NCBI GenBank assembly: GCA_951406725.2
Contig: OX597818.1
Span: forward strand, 84,320,001-84,384,000
Reading direction: 5' to 3'
Origin: Octopus vulgaris
Taxonomy: Eukaryota
DNA: 64,000 nucleotides
The notes beneath the pieces were generated by a model. It worked only from the letters and a program-made list of their open reading frames with translations. It searched no databases and was not told the origin of the DNA. Both the position numbers and the translations under genes were made by a program. Shown here piece by piece: positions 56,331-64,000 of the stretch (position 1 is its first letter; each line of letters opens with the position of its first letter).

Positions 56331-58094
56331 ATAGGTAAATAATGTCAGATTACCAGCTGGCAGAGTCTTTAGAGCATCGGATAAATTGCTTTGCGATAAT
56401 GATTGCGGCTTATTACGCTTTAAGTTCAAATCTCACCATTGATCAACAGCCCGCTATTTCTAAATGAACATTTTAAAAGTTTTCACTGAACATAATAAAT
56501 ATAGTCAGGTAGCAAGCAACAGCATTTTATAATCTAATGATTATATGTTAATACTTTTGTACATCTAGATATGAATACAAGAGCAAGCTGAAATTTCATA
56601 TTTGGCTCAGAATAAAATGAAATAATTAGAAACAAGTACACAAATCAAAGATTTTGCCTTTGATCCTTTCGAATCGATAAAATAAAGTATCAGTCTTCTT
56701 GTACTGGTGTCGATTCTTCTCTTTCTCTAAAGTCTTCTTTCTATCTATCCTTTTATCTTTTCTGGAAGAAAACAACTTGGTTGTGGTTGGACTTAGAGAT
56801 TAATGTGCTCCGCAGGATATAAAATTTGCCAAAACACACCGTAGGTCACATTGTGTCCCTAGGATTCTATCAAGGTGTTAAGGGCTCATGGTCTATGGCA
56901 TAGTATAGCAGTGAAGTACTCAATATTTAAGAGATAGAAAACCTTGCTTGATGTTGGGTTGATCCAATCTAGTATTCTAACGCTTTAACGAGTCACACCT
57001 CCAAAAGAAGATAAAGGTGAAGAATAGAAATGGAAACGAAATCAAAATTGGAAGAATAAACTAAGGTGGGGTTAGGTGGGTAGATGAAGGATAAGGATAA
57101 GATGGATAAATGGAGGACAGGGGTGAGGTCTATATATAGTAAGCAGGGCTGAGGGGGGAGATGGAAGGCAGGACTAAAGTGGGTAGGGAAATAGAAGGGG
57201 TGTGGTAGATAAATGGAGGACAGTGGTGAGGGAGATAGATGGTGATCAGGAATGAGAGGATAAACGGAGAGCAAGGATGAGTGGGATAGGGGGTAGGACT
57301 GAAGTGGATAGAGGGACGGCAAGGATGAGGGAGATAGATGGAGAGCATGGTTGATGGGGTTCGATGGAGAGCAGGGATGTAGGGGATAAAGAGAGGGCAG
57401 GGATAAGATAATGGAGTTTGTAAAATCAGCAACAGAGTTGAATTGTCGAGTGATTCGTTGATATGTTTCAACAAATTGAAATTCTTCCCACGAGAAACGT
57501 TAACTGCGATAGTGAATCGTCCTATCCAAAGAAAGAGCTATCTCTCATCTGCTTAACGTAACGGAATAACTGATATGAAACAGTCCTAAGTGCCATGGAT
57601 CTTTGTAATTCCGGGAAAGGGTTAATATTTGTGTAAGATGAGAAAAATTGCTAAGGGGGGGAAAGAAGACATTAACGGGTAAGCTGGGAGGATAATTAAG
57701 AGATTGGAATGGAATAGAAGTTAAATAAATGTGAGCAAGAGAGAATGTAAGGACTATGAAGAAAATGGGAGAAATAAAGGTAGAAAAGAAAGGAGAGAGA
57801 TGAAGGGGAAAGAGGACGGAAAGTAACAAGTGAAAGCTGAAAGAACAAATTGATTCGGAGAGAATGGAAATGAGATATATAGTAAGGAGAATGAAAGGTA
57901 AAAAGTAATGAAGTAGGAATGTATTAGAAGAGTAGAGCGTAAAGCTTTGTTAGGAAAGGTGGAGAGAGGGAGAGATACACGAAGAGAAAGACTTAATAAG
58001 TTGAGAGTGATAAATAGATATATACAATATATATATATATCTATATCTGTATATATAAAAACAGATAAGTGGTACAAGGCACCAATATTTACTG

Positions 58095-58138
<44 letters not shown>

Positions 58139-58158
58139 AGAGAGAGAGAGAGAGAGAG

Positions 58159-58398
58159 AGGCACATGGCCTAGTGGTCAGGCCATTCGCGGGTTCGAATT
58201 TCAGACCGAGCAGTGTGTGTGTTTATGAACGAAACACCTAAGCTTCACGCGGCTCCGGCAGAAGGTAATGGCGAACTTCTGCTGATTCTTTCGCCACAAC
58301 TTTCTCTCACTCTTTCCTCCTGCATCTTGCAGCTCACCTGCGACGGACCGGCATCCCGTCCAGGTGGGAAACGTGTACGTCAAGGAAACCGGCCCTAG
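58159..58398 (+). mobile_element. SINE family D (V-SINE-like)
   Basis: Matches the reverse complement of 25018-25312. Confidence 0.85.
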
Positions 58399-58407
58399 TA
58401 TATGTGT

Positions 58408-58456
<49 letters not shown>

Positions 58457-59466
58457 TATATGTGTGTGTGTGTGTGTTCGTGCGTGTGTGTGTGTTCGTG
58501 CGTGTGTATGTGTGTCTGTGTTTATGTCCCCTGTAACTTCGCAGTCCAACAAAAGAGACCGATGGAATAAGTACTAGACTCACAAAGAATAAGTCCGGAA
58601 GTTGATGTCTTAGGCTACATCCCTTTTAGACTGTGCTCCAGCACAGCTGCACTCCAGCACAGCTGCACTCAAATGGTTGAAACAAGTAAAATAATAAAAG
58701 AAAGAATATATATATATATATGTATGTACGCATACATACGTAGGTACATACATACATACATACAAATATACATACATACATACATACAATAAGATAAGAT
58801 CAGAAAATAAACAAAACTTGTTTGTTAATGTGTTGCTGTCAACCTTCATAAGCCAAACTATAATCAAACAGTTGTCCATCGAGTTTTTAAAAACATTATT
58901 ATGATATATATTTGTTTGGGGGTGGATACTGAACATCTAGGACTTAATTCTCTAATATACCATTCTTATTGTTGTTTATTGGTATTTAACCCCAGGAAAG
59001 CTCTGATCAAGTAGATCTAAAATCAAAGGTATTTCTAGTGAGTGTCCCTTGTTTTACTCACAAGGATCTTCTCTTTACATTTATTAAGACAATAATGTGA
59101 ATTGAGAGAGGTTAGGTTGTCATTTCTAGAAAATCTAACATCCAAGTTGAGACTGTCTTGTCGGCTTGTAGCGTTGATGTTGTTGTTGCTGTTGTTTGGG
59201 GGGTCGGTGGCGGTGGTGGTGGTGTTTGTGGTGTCGTTATTATTATTGTATTCCAGTACAAATTTGATCGAGAAGAATTATGATCCAACATGTTCCGGCT
59301 ATGACCATTCCATCATCGTTCCATTTTTTACTGTTATTTGAGGGAGATTTGGTTGATATTTCTAGCAGGTTGAACGACTGCGCAGAGGGTTGTTTGTTGG
59401 CTGGGCACCAAGTAGTGAAGGAGAAAGAGCAAAAGATAGATTGAATAAAAATTTCATAAATAGATG

Positions 59467-59536
<70 letters not shown>

Positions 59537-60218
59537 CAGAGGAAAAAAGGGAGGGAGAGGTAGAAGGTGGAGGAAGGAAGAAAGAGAGAAAGAAATAGAG
59601 ATGAAAGACTAGGCGCTATAAAAGAGTGTGATGGAGGGAGATTAATTAGAAAGATAATGAAGGGTGCCACGATGTTGGGAGAGAAAAAATGAAAAAGAGA
59701 TGAAGAAAGATAACAAGGACGTTTGAGTATTTGCAAGTGTGTATGTGTGAGAGAGAGAGAGAGAGAGAGTGAGAGAGAGACAGACAGCTAGAGAGAGCTA
59801 CGTGCGTCTGTGTGTGTGAATGTGTGTGTATATTTGCATGTGTATGTGGATGGATGGTTCGATGAACTTTGGACCACCAAAACAACGGCAATGCTAACAT
59901 TTATATTTCCAGTTAACACGTCAATGGTTTATCTAAAACCATTATCTAAAACGATGTTTGTTACAGAAAAAAAAAATTCAAAAATGAAAAGCCAAAAAAA
60001 AAACAGCAAAAAAATCAACAACGATTTCATAATTTCTTTGTTTGTAAAATATCCTCATTAAAACTTTTTATTATTTTTTTCTATTTTGTATTAATTTCGT
60101 TTTTGTTGTTGTTTTCAGTAACATTATTGTTGTTATTATTTTGATCGTTCCCTCCGTTTTCTTTCATTTTCTTTCATTTACTACATTTAATATTTCCTGA
60201 TGCTATATTACTATCACA

Positions 60219-60266
<48 letters not shown>

Positions 60267-60268
60267 GC

Positions 60269-60325
<57 letters not shown>

Positions 60326-60647
60326 TTTCTCCTTATTTTCTTTTATTTCAACGTAGTTATTGTTATAAGTCAAATAAATCTAGGCAACTAAAAATAATTA
60401 TATTATTTAAAATAATTATACGGTCAGCTGACAACAAAAAAATACAAAGACATTTTTTTCTTTTTCCAAAAATGTTGAATCTCTTTTATGAAATTAATTA
60501 ATTCTTTAAAAATGGTTTCATTCTCTGAATTTAATGCTAATATCAATCACCTGTAGGAAGAATAAAATATCTTGAATGTAATCGATCAAATTTTCGATTT
60601 TTTCAAGCTCCACTAGTTTAGAACTTTCATAATATGTCTACTAGTGA

Positions 60648-60684
<37 letters not shown>

Positions 60685-60689
60685 GTATA

Positions 60690-61425
60690 TAAGCGCAGAC
60701 GTGACTGTGCGGTAAGAAGGTTGCTTCCAAACCACATAGTTCCGGTTTCAATCCCACTGCGTGGCACCTTCGCCAAGTGTCTTCTACTATAGCCTCAGGT
60801 CGACCAAAGCCTTGTCAGTGGATTTGGTAGACGGAAACTGAACGAAGCCCGTCTTATATATATACATATATATATGTGTGTGCGTGTGTTTGTATGTGTG
60901 TGTTTCTGTCTGTTTGTCTCCATCACCATCACCACTTGACAACCGATGCTGGTGTGTTTATATTCTCGCGACTTAGCGGTTCGGCAAAAGAACAAATGGA
61001 ATAAGAAACCATGGCTTAGAAAGAATTAGTCCTGAGGCTGGTTTTTTCGACTTTCAAAAAACCTTAAAGGCGGTGCTCCAGCATGGCCGCACTCGAATTA
61101 CTGTAATAAGTAAAAACTTAAAGTAATAAAAAGCATACACACACAGATATATATATATGTGCGTGTATGTGTGTTTTTGTGAGTGTGTATGTGTGAGGGG
61201 GTGTTTGTGCTTGTGTTTACCCCTAGCATCGCTTGAGAACCGGTGTTGATTTGTCTATGATCCCGTAACTTATTTGTTCAGCAAAAGAGACGGAATCAGT
61301 ATCAGAGTTATCAAAGAGAAACAAAACAAGTAAGGCGGTCGATCTGTCTAGCTAAGCCTTTCTCGGCAAAGATCCAGCATGGCCTGAGTCCAATGACTGA
61401 AACAAATAAAAGATAAAAGACAAAA
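60690..61425 (+). mobile_element. Family A SINE followed by a second tail fragment
   Basis: Similarity to 55933-56330. Confidence 0.85.
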
Positions 61426-61546
61426 ATAAAAGATCTGGAAAGTTTCGGTGTTTCAGGATAAGATTAGCAAAGATTTAATCAGTGATTTAATGATAAACCC
61501 TTTGAATATATAATTTGTGTTATTGCTTAAAATTCGTGTGAGCATG

Positions 61547-61905
61547 TTACAAGTGTTGTTGGTTTTGCTGTAGTTGTTGTTGGTGGTGTTCTTCTGCTTC
61601 TTCTTCTTCTTCTTTTTTTTCTTCTTCTTCCTCCTCCTCCTCCTCCTCTTCTTCTTCTTCTTCTTTACTATGCAGCCCTGTCCATTCCACATATTTTCGA
61701 AGGCAAATTTTTCCACCCTTTTACTAAATGGTAATCGATGAAGTGCGGGAGATTTGACTGTGCTTCTGCCAAGTCGAGGGATCATGTAAAAGGCTCCCTC
61801 CATTGACTTGTGAGAGACTTCCTCGTTGCCTTGCATTGCAACGTGTATCATTAAACTAAAAATGTACATGGACAAATCGTTAGATTGGGAGAGATCATGT
61901 AACAT
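61547..61905 (-). CDS. Probable PRXamide-type neuropeptide precursor (one apparent frameshift)
   Basis: Long polypyrimidine tract and CAG acceptor at 61948; ATG at 61905; hydrophobic leader LSMYIFSLMIHVAMQG; SMEGAFYMIPRL-G-R (amidation and cleavage signal); later KR site. A +1 correction turns the poly-K/R tail into ...VEWTGLHSK-polyE...HHQQQLQQNQQHL*. Confidence 0.65.
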
Positions 61906-62374
61906 AGTTGGGGGCAGATGAGAGGGCGTGAGTAGGCGTTCAAAACGCTGGAAATAAACGGTGAGTAACAAAGCAGAAACAAAAAAGGTAAAAATAGGCA
62001 AAATTATAAATGCTAATGAGTTCCAGATTAAAAACTATTTTAAAAAAATTAAATCAATCTGGTATCCATTAAAATAATTTTACAGCATATTTTCGAGACA
62101 ATTAACAGAAAAATAGCTGAAGGACATATGGTATAGTTCGCCCATGAATATTACTTCCAGATCAATGAGGGAGCTATTAAGTGGTCGCTCTACATGTTAG
62201 AAATAACAGCCATATTTCTCTTTACTCTTTGCCCAGCCTGACTATCAAATATGATACACAGGATATATTTCCCCTAGGTCAATGTATCATATATGATCTA
62301 AATTTTTCTACAACCAGTGTTGTAACTTGGAACTCAGAAGAAAGCGTTATATCACTTTTAAGCACGGGCTACTG

Positions 62375-62484
<110 letters not shown>

Positions 62485-62562
62485 CGGACCAGTCATGTTT
62501 AAGTGGCGATAGACATTACTTCTCGATACAGTTACTGCTAATAACTTGTTAATTTGCTTGTT

Positions 62563-62602
<40 letters not shown>

Positions 62603-62659
62603 GTATGTATGTATGTATCTATGTATATATATATATATACATGTGTATGTGTATGTATG

Positions 62660-62708
<49 letters not shown>

Positions 62709-62734
62709 CCCGCCTGCGGCAGCATATGCACTAA

Positions 62735-63767
62735 GGCCACATAGTTGTCTTCATAGTATTCGACATTTGGCTACGACGTTCGGGGAGAGATTATTTTGAG
62801 AGTTGTCCATGCTGTGATGTTATCTCTCCATATCTTATGTCTCCGACCTCTGCTCCTCTTTTCATTAATCATTCCTTCCAAACAGACTTTGCTGACGTCA
62901 GAAGCCATTCGCTAAGTGTGACCAAGCAGTTTGAGTACTGTATCTTTGATGAGAGAGGGGATTAATGATAATTTAGTTATTTGTCGTAGATCTTTGATTC
63001 TGACACGGTCTGAGAGTTTGGTGTTCGTGATAAATCTTATTCCATGATTCTGAGAGGATTCCAGTTACTGTTGTGTAACAGAAGTCCATTTGACCCATTT
63101 TAGCCCATTTAAAACTCCTGGAAAAAACAGGTGTTGTAGTTTTTTTGATTTTACATGGTATGGGATCCCTTTTGAAGTAAGTGCAATTTTGTTCATCTCA
63201 AAAGCTGCCCAACAATGTCTGGTTCTATAGTTTACAGTTATCAATCCATCGTTTGTTTTTGAAGAGCGTGTATCCGAGGTAGATGAATTCAGAAACTTGC
63301 TTTAGTGATTTTTCATATATTGTAAGGTGAGGTCTTGGTTAGATTTGTTTGCTCTCATGCATTCTGATTTTGATGCGTTGGTAGATAGCCCTGTTTCTGC
63401 AGCATGGTTAGCAAGAGTCAACAAAAACTGTAAGGCCTGACAGGGTTCATTTATTGCAGAAATATCATCAGAATTAGATGGAAGAGGAGGTGTCCTTCGA
63501 TCGAGAATCTCAATGGACGTTCATTTTCAGTTTTAGAAAGTATTGCGGCGGTTACAATACAGAAAACTATAGTGAAAGTACAACCTGCTTCACTTCTTCT
63601 AAGATATTGACAGATCTGAAGGTTTTAATATCAGTCTTGAGGAAGGCCTTTGAATTATCGTGAGTTTTATTAGGTCTATATCTCGCTTGTTGATCCTGGT
63701 GCTTCCAAGAAATTTCCATAGATAGGAAAGATTTACATAATCAAACACTTTGATGAAATCTATGAAG

Positions 63768-63768
<1 letters not shown>
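62735..63768 (-). mobile_element. Decayed RTE-like LINE reverse transcriptase fragment
   Basis: CFIDFIKVFDYVN..LWKFL (D..KAFD), a DDIS motif (YADD-like), GLSTNASKSECM and FIYLGY. Confidence 0.8.
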
Positions 63769-63806
<38 letters not shown>

Positions 63807-63909
63807 TAATATTAATGGTAAGACAACAAAAGAATGAAAGAGACATCGATATTATGTAAATAGAGGAATTTATTTGTAATATACTTTGTGACAATTATTC
63901 GGTTGCCAT

Positions 63910-63970
63910 GATAAAACTCCGAGTTTCGGATGTTGGGGCGGAAACCTGCACCGGCATGTCTTCAGTTATC
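63910..63970 (-). ncRNA. Type I hammerhead motif with canonical core and extended stem II, at a PLE-like end adjacent to (TA)n
   Basis: Reverse complement: GATAA-CTGAAGA-CATGCCGG(14 nt)CCAACATC-C-GAA-ACTC(G)GAGT-T-TTATC: perfect 5-bp stem I, stem II with two mismatches. Confidence 0.65.
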
Positions 63971-64000
63971 GAGGCAATTAAAATATGCTATGAAAATGAC

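Noticed and set aside
61453-61680. Poly-Lys/Arg tail of ORF 61453-62001 as a real basic or NLS-rich protein
   Set aside because: More plausibly the wrong frame of a GAA/GAG repeat; the +1 frame gives an acidic spacer typical of prohormones.
61777-61904. Internal near-duplication ttacatgatc(t/c)ctc suggesting a second YMI peptide copy
   Set aside because: The upstream copy is in another frame and lacks PRL-G-R; too short to distinguish from chance.

Overview
AT-rich animal genomic DNA saturated with microsatellites ((TA)n, (CA)n, (TAGA)n, (TACA)n, (TAA)n) and tRNA-derived SINEs. The SINE sequences and repeat landscape look like a cephalopod (Octopus) genome; this is my inference, not a database result. 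Almost all ORFs in the supplied track are microsatellite artefacts. Recognisable content: four or five SINE families (dozens of copies), decayed R4/Dong-like and RTE LINEs, Tc1 and mariner relics, Tigger-, hAT- and Helentron-type non-autonomous elements, and several Penelope-like element (PLE) 3' ends. Two things stand out. (1) At least eight minimal type I hammerhead-ribozyme motifs sit at PLE ends next to microsatellites, several with recurrent non-canonical cores (U4C, A6U). (2) A minus-strand exon at about 61.5-61.9 kb encodes a probable PRXamide neuropeptide precursor (hydrophobic leader, GAFYMIPRL-G-R, KR site, acidic tail reached by a +1 frame correction). Other candidate exons lie at about 4.0, 12.8 and 20.0 kb; the 20.0 kb one reads RRQHSYDN, like the GluN2 CaMKII site. 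Repeat boundaries were read by eye and are approximate.
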